Part shown: piece after piece, positions 20,233 to 29,409 of the stretch
Layout: the number at the start of each line of letters is the position of its first letter
How positions within the stretch are numbered: the stretch's first letter is position 1
Source of the DNA: Candidatus Woesearchaeota archaeon
Lineage (GTDB): Archaea > Nanobdellota > Nanobdellia > Woesearchaeales > JAGVZT01
Direction: 5' to 3'
Length of the DNA stretch: 61,042 nucleotides
Assembly (NCBI GenBank): GCA_018302335.1
Contig: JAGVZT010000047.1
Location: 1 to 61,042, forward strand
Program-made: the position numbers and the translations under genes
The notes under the pieces: model-generated
Databases searched by the model: none
Seen by the model: only the letters and a program-made list of their open reading frames with translations
What the model was told of the DNA's origin: nothing

Positions 20233-22077
20233 ATGGCATCGACCAGAGCGACAAAGACTGCGCCACCTCGGCCGGATTTTTCGGGCAGTCTCCGGTGCGG
20301 CCTGGAGATTCACCAGCAGCTTGACACGGAAAAGCTCTTCTGCTCCTGCCCGAGCAGCCTCAGGGACGACCAGCCGGACATCCTCGTCGAGAGAGAGCTG
20401 CGCGCGTCAGCGGGAGAGGAAGGCGGAGTGGATATCGCCGCCGCTGCCGAGCAGGCGAAGCGCAAGAGCTACCTCTACCAGGCCTACAGCGATACCACCT
20501 GTCTCGTGGAACTCGATGAAGAGCCGCCCCATCCGCTCAACCGCGACGCCCTGGGCGTCGCCCTCCAGGTCTCGCGGATGCTCGGCATGGTCCCCGTCGC
20601 GAGCATCCAGGTCATGCGCAAGACCGTCGTCGACGGCAGCAACACCAGCGGCTTCCAGCGCACCGCGCTCGTCGCGAGGAACGGCGTCCTGAAGACCGCG
20701 CACGGCGATGTGACCATCCCGACCCTGTGCATCGAGGAGGACGCCGCGAAAATCGTCGCGCGGGAGGCGCAGCGGGATGTGTACAATCTCTCCAGATTGG
20801 GCATCCCGCTCATCGAGATTGCCACCGGGCCGGACATCACCTCGCCGGAGATGGCCCGCGAGGTCGCGCTCCAGCTGGGGATGCTTCTCCGCTCGACCGG
20901 CAGGGCGAAGCGCGGTCTCGGCACCATCCGCCAGGACCTCAATGTCTCCATTCCCCAAGGGGCGCGCATCGAGATCAAGGGCGCGCAGGAGCTGGACCTG
21001 CTCCCGAAGCTTGTCGAGATGGAAGCGCTTCGGCAGCGGAACTTGCTTGACATCGCGGCCGGGCTGCGCGACGCGAAAGCCGGCAAGCCCGTGGATGTCA
21101 GCAGCGTCCTCAAGAAGAGCGCGAGCAAGGTCATCCGGGCCGCGCTCGACTCCGGCGGAGCGGCGCTCGCCTGTCGCATGGAGGGCTTCGCCGGCATGCT
21201 CGGAAAGGAGGTCCAGCCGGGCAGACGTCTCGGCACGGAACTTGCGGACCATGCGAAGGTCATGGGTGTCAAGGGGCTGTTCCACAGCGATGAGTTGCCT
21301 GCGTATGGCATCACTGTCGAAGAAGTCGCCGCATTGAGGAAGGCGCTCGGGTGCAAGGAGCACGATGGCTTCATCCTCATCGCGGACGCGAAGGAGCGCG
21401 CGGAGCGGGCGATGGCCGCGGCGCTCGGCCGCGCCGAACAGGCACGCAGTGAGGTGCCGCGCGAAGTCCGCAAGGCGAACGAGGACGCGACAACGAGCTT
21501 CCTGCGGCCCATGCCAGGCTCCTCACGGATGTATCCGGAGACCGATGTGCGCAGCATCCGCGTCACCGCGGAGATGCTCTCTTCTCCCCTTCCTGAGCTG
21601 CTCTCATCGAAGGAAGAGCGCTTCGCGAAGCAGCTTCCGCGGGACCTCGCGCACCAGCTGGTCTGGGGAGAGCGCTGGCCGCTGTACGAGCGGGCGGCGC
21701 GGCGCTGGCCGGAGCTGAAGCCAGTCTTCGTCGCGGAGACGCTCGTTTCTGCGCCGAAAGAGATACGGAAACGCCACGGTTTCGACCTCGACGCGTCCGA
21801 TGCGGATTTCGAGTTGCTGTTCGATGCGGTGAGCCATGGCACCATCGCCCAGGAGGCGGTCTTCGAGCTCCTCGTGCAGAAGGCGCAGGGCAAGCCTCTG
21901 GACATCGCATCCTTCTCGCTGCTGTCCGACAAGGAACTGCAGCTTAGGCTCAGGGCGATAGTCGCCGCGAATCCGAAAGCGCCTCTCAACGCCCTGATGG
22001 GCATCGCGATGAAGGAGCTGCGCGGCAAGGCGGACGGCAAGAGGATTGCGGCGCTGCTCCAGGAGTTCAGCGGGTAG
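20233..22077 (+). CDS. gatE: Glu-tRNA(Gln) amidotransferase subunit E
   Basis: GLEIHQQL, ELDEEPPH, MRKTVVDGSNTSGFQRT, RGLGTIRQDLNVSI, RPMPGSSRMYPETDV. Confidence 0.97.
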   Translation: MASTRATKTAPPRPDFSGSLRCGLEIHQQLDTEKLFCSCPSSLRDDQPDILVERELRASAGEEGGVDIAAAAEQAKRKSYLYQAYSDTTCLVELDEEPPHPLNRDALGVALQVSRMLGMVPVASIQVMRKTVVDGSNTSGFQRTALVARNGVLKTAHGDVTIPTLCIEEDAAKIVAREAQRDVYNLSRLGIPLIEIATGPDITSPEMAREVALQLGMLLRSTGRAKRGLGTIRQDLNVSIPQGARIEIKGAQELDLLPKLVEMEALRQRNLLDIAAGLRDAKAGKPVDVSSVLKKSASKVIRAALDSGGAALACRMEGFAGMLGKEVQPGRRLGTELADHAKVMGVKGLFHSDELPAYGITVEEVAALRKALGCKEHDGFILIADAKERAERAMAAALGRAEQARSEVPREVRKANEDATTSFLRPMPGSSRMYPETDVRSIRVTAEMLSSPLPELLSSKEERFAKQLPRDLAHQLVWGERWPLYERAARRWPELKPVFVAETLVSAPKEIRKRHGFDLDASDADFELLFDAVSHGTIAQEAVFELLVQKAQGKPLDIASFSLLSDKELQLRLRAIVAANPKAPLNALMGIAMKELRGKADGKRIAALLQEFSG

Positions 22078-22138
22078 GCCGCGCTGCGGAGAATATCCGG
22101 CAGCGAGGCCTTGCGGAACTCCTGCGGCATCGCGGCCC
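22076..22138 (+). repeat. CGGCCG-bounded repeat, 63-bp copy overlapping the gatE stop
   Basis: AGGCCGCGCTGCGGAGAATATCCGGCAGCGAGGCCTTGCGGAACTCCTGCGGCATCGCGGCCC. Confidence 0.85.
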
Positions 22139-22189
22139 GTTCTGCGAGGCCCCATAATGCATAAGAAGCCAGCTTCGTTCCCTTGGGCC

Positions 22190-22843
22190 ATGGGGACCCT
22201 CTTCGACATCTGCCGTTCAGAATTCGAGCGTCTCAGGCCGCTGTACGAGGAGCAGTGCGGCGTGGACCTCTCCGAGGTGCGGTTCCTCAATCCAAGGGAA
22301 TTCGCCAGCCAGAGCATCCGGAATGAGAATATCCTGCCGCTCAAGGGGGTGAAGGCCCTCACGTCTGCGTACTGCACCGCGAGCTACCCCGCATGGTACG
22401 ACGCAGGCCTGCCCGCCATCACGGTCAATGAGCGCGTGCTGCAGAAGCGTGACATGCCTCCAGCGTACGCCGTCGCGCACGAGCTCGGCCATGCGACCCA
22501 GGAGGCGAGGGCTCACCTGGACCCGAATTTCTACGGCAGTCTCTGGACCAAGGCAGCGAAGCGCGGCCTTCAGGAAGTCCGCGGCCTGCGTGACGCTCTT
22601 GACCTGGTGACGGAGGCGGGAGAATTCTTCGGGGAGGTCACCAAGGTACAGCAGATTCTCCTGGAGGGCGGCGCCATCGCGCTCCAGAGCGATTATCTCA
22701 CCGGGCTCGACACGGCGCTCGCGGAGCACACCGCAGACGTGCGCGAAGCCCTGCTGGACAGCGCCATCTGGCTGCCCTTCCGGAAACCCGCTCTCTCGAT
22801 GGAGGAGATAGGGAATCCCGCGGCGTATCTGGGGCGGGCCTGA
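22190..22843 (+). CDS. Hypothetical zincin-like protein
   Basis: AVAHELGHATQ plus a downstream LLEGGA; its stop abuts the convergent gene, so it may be 3'-truncated. Confidence 0.7.
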   Translation: MGTLFDICRSEFERLRPLYEEQCGVDLSEVRFLNPREFASQSIRNENILPLKGVKALTSAYCTASYPAWYDAGLPAITVNERVLQKRDMPPAYAVAHELGHATQEARAHLDPNFYGSLWTKAAKRGLQEVRGLRDALDLVTEAGEFFGEVTKVQQILLEGGAIALQSDYLTGLDTALAEHTADVREALLDSAIWLPFRKPALSMEEIGNPAAYLGRA

Positions 22844-23374
22844 CTATTTGTCGTCCGGGTCCGAGAGGTCCATCCAGTCCGGCTCTTCCTCTGCTGGCGC
22901 AGCCTCCTCGGGTTCCGGGTCAGGAGCAACCGGCTGCGTGAAGACGGAGGGCACCTGCGCCGGGGGAGCCTGCGGTGCCTGGTAGCCAGGCAACCGCTCG
23001 CGGATGAGGCCGATGAGCGTCGGGAAGCCGCCCTTCTTCGAGGGGTCGTTCCTGTTCTTGATGTCCGCGTAGAGGCCGAGCAGCCCGTCCGCGCTCATGT
23101 AGGACATGGCTGCGAGATAGGCGTAGAACGCGGGCCTCCACTTTCGCGCCGCGCGTCCGAGGCCGAAGGTGCTGCCGGAGCGCGCCAGGCGCTCCAGGGT
23201 CATCCCAGCCTGGTACTCCTTTTGCTTCCCCTCGCTCTGCGCGCGCTGGAACAGCGCGAGGTTCTCCTCCTCGGTGCCCCCGAGGCTTTTCGCGTAGGAT
23301 TCTGCGATGAATTCGAGGTCCAGCCCGGTGGCCTTCTCGAAACGCTCAGTAAGCTCCTTGAGGTAGTCGGTCAT
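22844..23374 (-). CDS. Hypothetical protein with acidic Pro-rich tail
   Basis: 176-aa ORF with SD-like GGAGGG and an upstream TATA (~23411-23418). Confidence 0.75.
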   Translation of the reverse strand: MTDYLKELTERFEKATGLDLEFIAESYAKSLGGTEEENLALFQRAQSEGKQKEYQAGMTLERLARSGSTFGLGRAARKWRPAFYAYLAAMSYMSADGLLGLYADIKNRNDPSKKGGFPTLIGLIRERLPGYQAPQAPPAQVPSVFTQPVAPDPEPEEAAPAEEEPDWMDLSDPDDK

Positions 23375-23450
23375 GTTTCCCCCCTCCGGTGCAGGGGGGG
23401 CGGGAAACGCAATATAAACCTATCCGCATGGCCGCAGAACGGCTGTTCCG

Positions 23451-23693
23451 TCAACGAGCCAGGAGCGCCCCGGCGAGCAGCCCGAGCGAGGAGCCAAGGA
23501 GCCACCCGACAAAGCCGGTCTCGAACCCGGAGATGCCGTAGCCGATGAGGAAGCCGAAGACTCCCACCTGAAAGCTTGTCAGCGCGGTGAGAATCGTGCC
23601 GCGCTCAAAAGAGGGCCTGCGGATGGAAGGCAGCACTCGCAGCGTTGGCATCCCGAGCATCCCGTCGTAGTACGTCTGCACCACTTCGTTCAC
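23451..23693 (-). CDS. Small Gly-rich membrane protein
   Basis: 80 aa with two C-terminal TM helices; GTG start. Confidence 0.55.
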   Translation of the reverse strand: MNEVVQTYYDGMLGMPTLRVLPSIRRPSFERGTILTALTSFQVGVFGFLIGYGISGFETGFVGWLLGSSLGLLAGALLAR

Positions 23694-23780
23694 CCCCTCT
23701 GTTCAGGGGTCCCTGCTCTGTCCTACCCTTCTGCATCCGTTGCCTCCGGTTATAAACGGGGGAAACGTCTATTTAAACAT

Positions 23781-23837
23781 TAGGCTCCTGTTTCTGTACA
23801 GGCGTGCCACGCGTCAGCACCTGTGCGGGATAGCCTA
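23781..23837. other. Imperfect 57-nt hairpin, candidate small structured RNA
   Basis: TAGGCT/AGCCTA closing stem, CCTG/CGGG, TACAG/CTGTG and GTGC/GCAC stems; begins ~25 nt after TTATAAA (23750-23757). Confidence 0.35.
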
Positions 23838-23866
23838 TACTGGCCCACCGCTCAACTCTCAGGAGT

Positions 23867-23933
23867 CGGTCGTGATGCGGATAAGATATGGTATCCCGGC
23901 GAAACCACCGGTACTCGCGCGGCATTGCGGCCG
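23867..23933 (+). repeat. CGGCCG-bounded repeat, 67-bp copy
   Basis: CGGTCGTGATGCGGATAAGATATGGTATCCCGGCGAAACCACCGGTACTCGCGCGGCATTGCGGCCG. Confidence 0.82.
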
Positions 23934-23947
23934 AACGCATCTCCCGC

Positions 23948-25495
23948 CTACGCCTTCGGGGGTTCTGGAGGAGCTGCCCGCGCGACGCCAAGCGCCTTCG
24001 ACGAGGCGATCTGCCACAGCCCTTTCTCGTTCCTGTCCACGAGGACGAATTGCCCCTCCGCAAGGTCCTCAGCAAGGGACTGGGCGAAGAAGTAGCTGTC
24101 CGTCAGAGGGCAGAAGCACAGTGCGATGGTCAGCGGCGCGGTGAAGCCAGGAGGTGGGTAGTGGAGCTTGGTCTTCACGTAGACCCTCGCGTGGAACGGC
24201 CCGTCGGGAAGCTTCCCGATGGACAGGTCGAGGTCCTTCGCGGTGATCTCCGGGATGGGCTTCAGGTGGAAGCTCCTGCCGGAGTCCTTGCTCGCGTGCA
24301 GGAGGGTGAGGCAGTTGTACACGTGCAGCCCTCCGACAGAGAGGGCCATCGCGTAGTGCGGGTACTGGAGATTCTCGACCGCGATTTCCGATTCTCCCTT
24401 CGCCTGGCGGAGCAGCTCCACGACCTGGCCGAGCCCTGACGCTGCCAGGGCATGGCCGCACATCACCCCGCCAGAGAGGTTGGTGGGCAGCTTCCCCCCG
24501 GGAGCGAGCGCGCCCTGGAGGATGAGGTCCGAGACTCCGGTGACAGGAAGCAGCGCGGTGTCCTGCAGGCCATAGTACAGCACCGCGAAGAAAGCGTCGT
24601 GCATCTCCGCATAGGAGACCCTGACCTGGGTGAGGTCCACCATCTCCTTGAGCTGCTCCATGGCCATGAGCGTCGCGCGGCTCCGGTGGAAGCTCTCCCT
24701 CGCGGTCAGGGCAAGGGTGTCGGTGCCCTGGCCGTATCCGGCGACCTTGACCTTGACCTCGTCGGCCGGCGCATGCCTGGACGCCACGAGCGCCGCATAG
24801 CCGGAACTCCGCGGCGCGACGTCATACAGACGGAGCGGGGTGCTCACCGAGACGTTCTTGTCGCTGGCGAGATACTCCTCGACCGTGAATGCCTTGCGCA
24901 GCTGCGTCCGCGGATTGCGGCTCCCGTTCGTGTGCGCGAAGGCGCTGTAGTGCTTCATCGCCGGCGAGACCAAGGGATCCCTGCACACCGCAATCTCCGT
25001 CATGAGCGCGCCTAGCGCGGGCATGGTCAGCCCGTACTTCGCCTCCTCGGGATGGATGAGCGCGCGCAGCACCTCGATGCTGCGTTCCGAGGGAACGGTC
25101 CGCATCTGCTCAGCGGCGACGAGGCCGATGGTCGAGTAACGCTCCCCGAACGCGACGGACTGGATGCCCTCGTGCAGCAGCGCGGCGCCCGCAGAAGATG
25201 CCGCGAGATTCGCGTCTTCTGCGTATGGGGCGGGCTTGTGCGAATAGAACACCGGGATGCTCAGTCCCTTCGTGCGGAGGTACGCGGAGACCGCCTTGCA
25301 CGCCTCGTCGGCGGAGACCCCGTTCAGTTCCCTGCCGTGCGCGCTGGTGAGTACGATGGCCTCGAGTCTCTTGCCCGGGTAGCTCTTCGAGAATTCTGCG
25401 AGCAGGGCCTCGGTTCCCTTGACGAAAAGGTCCTGAAGCGGCTCCTCGCTGTCCCCGACCTGGCGCACCCCGCACGACAGGTAGACGTCCGCCAT
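23948..25495 (-). CDS. Thiolase-superfamily protein (SCP2/archaeal type) with fused C-terminal DUF35-like OB fold
   Basis: AAEQM, NGSRNP, VSTPLRLYDVAPRSSG, AEMHDAF, PTNLSGG..GHALAASG; C-terminal ARVYVKTKLHYPPPGFTAPLTIAL is DUF35-OB-like. Confidence 0.82.
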   Translation of the reverse strand: MADVYLSCGVRQVGDSEEPLQDLFVKGTEALLAEFSKSYPGKRLEAIVLTSAHGRELNGVSADEACKAVSAYLRTKGLSIPVFYSHKPAPYAEDANLAASSAGAALLHEGIQSVAFGERYSTIGLVAAEQMRTVPSERSIEVLRALIHPEEAKYGLTMPALGALMTEIAVCRDPLVSPAMKHYSAFAHTNGSRNPRTQLRKAFTVEEYLASDKNVSVSTPLRLYDVAPRSSGYAALVASRHAPADEVKVKVAGYGQGTDTLALTARESFHRSRATLMAMEQLKEMVDLTQVRVSYAEMHDAFFAVLYYGLQDTALLPVTGVSDLILQGALAPGGKLPTNLSGGVMCGHALAASGLGQVVELLRQAKGESEIAVENLQYPHYAMALSVGGLHVYNCLTLLHASKDSGRSFHLKPIPEITAKDLDLSIGKLPDGPFHARVYVKTKLHYPPPGFTAPLTIALCFCPLTDSYFFAQSLAEDLAEGQFVLVDRNEKGLWQIASSKALGVARAAPPEPPKA

Positions 25496-25561
25496 CGTAC
25501 GGGAGATGTCCCCTGCTTTTATATGGGTTTCTGCCGGGACGTCCAGAATGTCCGCGGTTCT

Positions 25562-25628
25562 CGGCCGCACTGGCGCGCGCTGTCCGCATGGTCTCGCGGT
25601 ATGCCGGATATTCCCCGCAATGCTGCCG
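25562..25628 (-). repeat. CGGCCG-bounded repeat, 67-bp copy
   Basis: Reverse complement CGGCAGCATTGCGGGGAATATCCGGCATACCGCGAGACCATGCGGACAGCGCGCGCCAGTGCGGCCG. Confidence 0.85.
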
Positions 25629-25634
25629 GGTCCC

Positions 25635-26399
25635 TCAACCTGCCGGCCGGAAATCCAGAGAAAGGCCCTTCACCGCTTCGGAGAGCGCGGCGCAGCTCTG
25701 ACGGATGACCTCCCTCTCGTCCAGGGCGAGGTACGCCTCAAGGTTGTCCTGGAAGGATGCCGAGAGCCTCGCGTGCGCCTCGGTATACTTGGCCGCGATG
25801 TCCTCGGTCCCGTCGAGCGCAATCGAGGTGATTCCCGCCGGGCTGGCGATGCGGAACTCGCCATGCACAAGCGGATTCGCGTCTGCGAAATGCCGGAAGC
25901 TCACGAGGTCCCGCGCGCTGGGCAGGGCCAGCTCCGCTCCGAGGTAGCGATACGCGGCCTTCCGCAGGCCGGCCAGCGTCTCTGACGACGCGTCCCCGTA
26001 CCACTCCTGGAGCCTCCAGCTGTCCTCGACGCTTCCCATATAGAGGGTGCGCATCACCTCGGGCTGGATGTGGTAATGCACATAGTCCTGCCCGATGTCC
26101 GCGATGAGATTCAGGAAGCCCTGCGTCGCTGTTCCGCGCTCCTCGTCGACGAACACGATGCGCTGCACCGGGGGATAGAGCCACAGCGCCTCCGGCAAGT
26201 AGAGCCAGAGCGATTCGAGCTCTTCCGAGGAGGCGAGCGCGCAAAGCTGTCTCTCGCCGTCTTCCTGGCCGAGCCGGACCGCGTGCGCCGTCTTATCCGA
26301 GGAAAGAGCGCCATCCCGAACGGGAAAGCTCAGCGGCTGCCGAGGGCCGTAGCCGCCCTGGACAAGCGCATGCCTGACGAGAAGCTCCAGGTCCCCCAC
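25635..26399 (-). CDS. Hypothetical protein
   Basis: 254-aa ORF, GTG start ~25 nt after TATA (CTTTATAT on the minus strand, ~26423-26430). Confidence 0.7.
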   Translation of the reverse strand: MGDLELLVRHALVQGGYGPRQPLSFPVRDGALSSDKTAHAVRLGQEDGERQLCALASSEELESLWLYLPEALWLYPPVQRIVFVDEERGTATQGFLNLIADIGQDYVHYHIQPEVMRTLYMGSVEDSWRLQEWYGDASSETLAGLRKAAYRYLGAELALPSARDLVSFRHFADANPLVHGEFRIASPAGITSIALDGTEDIAAKYTEAHARLSASFQDNLEAYLALDEREVIRQSCAALSEAVKGLSLDFRPAG

Positions 26400-26430
26400 G
26401 GGACGCGGGAACGCAAAAGGCGATATAAAG

Positions 26431-27396
26431 CTACCGCGCGAGCAGCGGCTCTCTCTCTGCGGCCTCGCGGACGGGGTGCTCGATGTCCCACTGGGCGAGG
26501 TAGAACGCCACGGTCTTCTTCAGCCCCTCCTCGAACGAGGTAGGCGGTCTCCAGCCGAGGAGTTCCTGGCAGAGGGAGCCGTCCCCGCGGAGGCACTTGA
26601 CGTGGCCCCAGCGGTCGTCCACGTGGTCAACGTGCACCACCGCGCTGCGTTCGTTCTGCAGGATGCGCTTCACGAGTGTGCAGACGTCAAGGACGGTGTA
26701 GTTGACGCCGGTGGCGATGTTGACAGCGGTGCCGTCCGGCAGTTTCGGCGCGAGCCAGAGCGCCTCGCACGTATCGCGCACGAAGACCCAGTCGCGCCTC
26801 GCGAGGCCGTCCGCATAGACAGGCATGGACTTCCCGTCGAGGGCTCGGCGGATGAGCTTTGGGATGAGCTTCTCCTCGGTCTGGTAAGGGCCGTACTGGT
26901 TGAACGGCCGGAGCATCTTCACCGGCAGCCCGTAGGTCTGCCAGTAGGAATAGCACAGGCGCTCCGCTGCCACCTTCGAGGCCGCGTACGGAGAGTGCGG
27001 GGCGAGGGGATGCTCCTCGGACATGGGCCGCGGCTCCCACTGGCTCGTGCCGTAGACCTCGGAACTGCTCATGTACACCACGGTCATCGGATCCTTCCCG
27101 CCGGCCCGTTGCGCGTTCTCCTCGCGCGCGGCCTCCAGCACGTTGAACGTGCCGTTGACGTTGCTGTCCCAGAAGGGCCAGGGCTCCTTGATGCTCTGGT
27201 CGATGTTGGTCAGCGCGCCGAGGTGGTAGACGACATCATAGTTCTTCCCCAGGATGGCAGCCTTCACTGCAGCTGGGTCGCGAAGGTCCTGGCCGTACTT
27301 CCGGTCGAAGAGCGTGACCTCGGCAGGGGTCTGGGAAAGGAACTGGAAGAAGTTCGTCGCGATGAAACCGCTCCCGCCGGTGACAAGTACTCTCAT
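26431..27396 (-). CDS. NAD-dependent epimerase/dehydratase (dTDP-glucose 4,6-dehydratase-like SDR)
   Basis: VLVTGGSGFIA, SSSEVYG, PYAASK (YxxxK), NQYGPYQ..KLIP, RDWVFV. Confidence 0.93.
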   Translation of the reverse strand: MRVLVTGGSGFIATNFFQFLSQTPAEVTLFDRKYGQDLRDPAAVKAAILGKNYDVVYHLGALTNIDQSIKEPWPFWDSNVNGTFNVLEAAREENAQRAGGKDPMTVVYMSSSEVYGTSQWEPRPMSEEHPLAPHSPYAASKVAAERLCYSYWQTYGLPVKMLRPFNQYGPYQTEEKLIPKLIRRALDGKSMPVYADGLARRDWVFVRDTCEALWLAPKLPDGTAVNIATGVNYTVLDVCTLVKRILQNERSAVVHVDHVDDRWGHVKCLRGDGSLCQELLGWRPPTSFEEGLKKTVAFYLAQWDIEHPVREAAEREPLLAR

Positions 27397-27470
27397 TCCC
27401 CAAGCTCGTGAAGCAGGGACCCCTTTAAAAGACTTGCGATGGGACGGGTTTGGCAGAAAACTCCGTGTCT

Positions 27471-27538
27471 CGGCCGTCGTGCCGTAGGAGTTGCGGATGG
27501 CATCGCCGGCATGTAGGATATCCCTCGCAACGCGGCCG
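27471..27538 (-). repeat. 68-bp CGGCCG-bounded intergenic repeat
   Basis: Reverse complement CGGCCGCGTTGCGAGGGATATCCTACATGCCGGCGATGCCATCCGCAACTCCTACGGCACGACGGCCG. Confidence 0.85.
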
Positions 27539-27546
27539 TCTCCGGC

Positions 27547-29409
27547 CTACGGAGATGATAGAATGCACGCCCCGGCGCTGCATTCCCGGTCCGCGTCGCA
27601 GGGCATCACGCGCGTCTTCCGCTCGTCACCGTTGCAGAACTGCTCCTCCACCTCGCGCGCAGAGCGGCAGACATCCGGGTAGGTATCTTCGTCCGATTTC
27701 GGGGGGCAGAAGGGGCAGTCGCGCAATTCCACCCTCGCCGCGGTGCGGGGGCTCTGTCCGGAGTCGCTGTCCCAGCAGAGCGGTTCGGTGTTCAGCTTGG
27801 CCTGCCGCGCCTCCTCGGTCGAGAGATAGAAGTCGGTGATGTCCCCGCGAGGCACGCAGGCCCCGAGGTAGCACATCTTTTGCGCAGGGCAGGGCAGCGC
27901 GAGCGTGACCACAGGGCCGTCAGCAGAGTCGCAGAGGAAATCGTACACCTTTCCATCATAGCACTCGTCCTGGTAGATGGTGTAGTTGCAGCTCTCGCAC
28001 TGCTTGTAGTACACCCGGTCGCGCGCGTCTCCCGGGAAGGCGCTGAGGGTGGTGCGCTGCCAGACGCAGCGCTGCCCGCTCTCTTTCGCGACATCGTAGT
28101 ACACCGAGGCGCTCATCTGCTCGCGCTCCCGCTGGACCTTCGCTGCTGCTCCTGGCTCAGAGGTGCATCTCCCCGCCTCGCAATGGGTGAAGCCGACCTC
28201 CTGGCAGTTCACCGAGCGCTCCCTCCGCACCGCGTCGCAGACCTGCTCCTTCAGGATGGCCGATGTCTCGCAGCTGTCCGCGGTTGCCTGCAGCGCGCAG
28301 GTCGGGCACTCCCGCACCTGCGCCTCTCCCGGGCGCTCGTAGCGTTCTCCCCCGTCACTGTCCTCGCAGACGACATGCTGCGCGAGCCACTCGCGCTGCA
28401 TCTCCAGCACCTCGCCTGGCGCCTCGGCGCAGCGGCCGAAGGCGCACGCGCATTGCACCTCCTGGCTCGTCGGGTAGAGCTTTCCGGAGACCGAGCTTCC
28501 ACAGCTGTACTCCTTCAGCGTGAAATCCGAAAGGCAATAGTCCTCCCGGCGCTCCTCGGCGCAGGAGGAGCAGTTCCTCGCGAAGACCGTGCCGCGCTCC
28601 TCGGGCTGGCCGAGGTCGCTGTCGAAGCACTCGGCGCCCTGGCTGCGCAGCGCGAGGATGTGCTCCGCCTCGGTGAATCCCTGCACGCTCGTCGAGCGGG
28701 AGGTGTTCCTGCTGCACGCCCCCTCGGCGCAGATGCGCCGCAGGGACGAGCAGTCGATGCCCTCCTCGACCAGGACTCCGGAGACACAGGTCCGCTCGAC
28801 GAGGGTGAACAGGCCTGCACAGGAATCAGACAGGAGCTCGACCTCGCACGTGGAGCAGTTCCTCGCGAAGACCTCCTCGCGAACCAGCGCGTTGCCTGTC
28901 GTCCGGCCGGCACAGGTTCTCGGAGCAGTCTCCTCCACCTCGGCAGGCGGCTTCTCCTCCTCCGGCGCGAGGAGCACGACGCGGGGAGGATGGCTGAACC
29001 GCGCGCGCAGGCGCAGGAGCGCGATGCCCATCCGTTTGAACAATCCCGTCTCGTAGCGGAGCGTGCCGTCGGCGAGCGCCTCGCGCAGCCCCTTCTCCCC
29101 CCTCGCGAGGGAGAGCAGCGCCTTTCGGGTGACATGGACGCGCATGGTGCTGTCCTGCAGCTCGGAATGGACCACCTTCCCGATGCGCACGCCGTCCATC
29201 ACGATGCCCAGGGTCTCTTCAGGACGCTGGCGCTCGAGGTGCTGTTCGCTCTCGTACACCGAGAGGGTGATGCGCTCGTCGTGGAGGGCGCTCTGCAACT
29301 CGGCCGGAAGGGAGTCCATCCCGTTCCACGCTGCGACGATGTCGTCGAAATCATCGGCGCGCGCGAGGGGAAGCGCAAGGAGCAGCATGAGGAGCAGCGG
29401 CAGTCTCAT
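27547..29409 (-). CDS. Secreted Cys-rich repeat protein
   Basis: Signal peptide (MRLPLLLMLLLALPLARA), SCP2-like segment, then ~5 modules of the CxDSDxG...CxxC...DxC...LxExxC...C..C..GxC type. Confidence 0.85.
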   Translation of the reverse strand: MRLPLLLMLLLALPLARADDFDDIVAAWNGMDSLPAELQSALHDERITLSVYESEQHLERQRPEETLGIVMDGVRIGKVVHSELQDSTMRVHVTRKALLSLARGEKGLREALADGTLRYETGLFKRMGIALLRLRARFSHPPRVVLLAPEEEKPPAEVEETAPRTCAGRTTGNALVREEVFARNCSTCEVELLSDSCAGLFTLVERTCVSGVLVEEGIDCSSLRRICAEGACSRNTSRSTSVQGFTEAEHILALRSQGAECFDSDLGQPEERGTVFARNCSSCAEERREDYCLSDFTLKEYSCGSSVSGKLYPTSQEVQCACAFGRCAEAPGEVLEMQREWLAQHVVCEDSDGGERYERPGEAQVRECPTCALQATADSCETSAILKEQVCDAVRRERSVNCQEVGFTHCEAGRCTSEPGAAAKVQREREQMSASVYYDVAKESGQRCVWQRTTLSAFPGDARDRVYYKQCESCNYTIYQDECYDGKVYDFLCDSADGPVVTLALPCPAQKMCYLGACVPRGDITDFYLSTEEARQAKLNTEPLCWDSDSGQSPRTAARVELRDCPFCPPKSDEDTYPDVCRSAREVEEQFCNGDERKTRVMPCDADRECSAGACILSSP

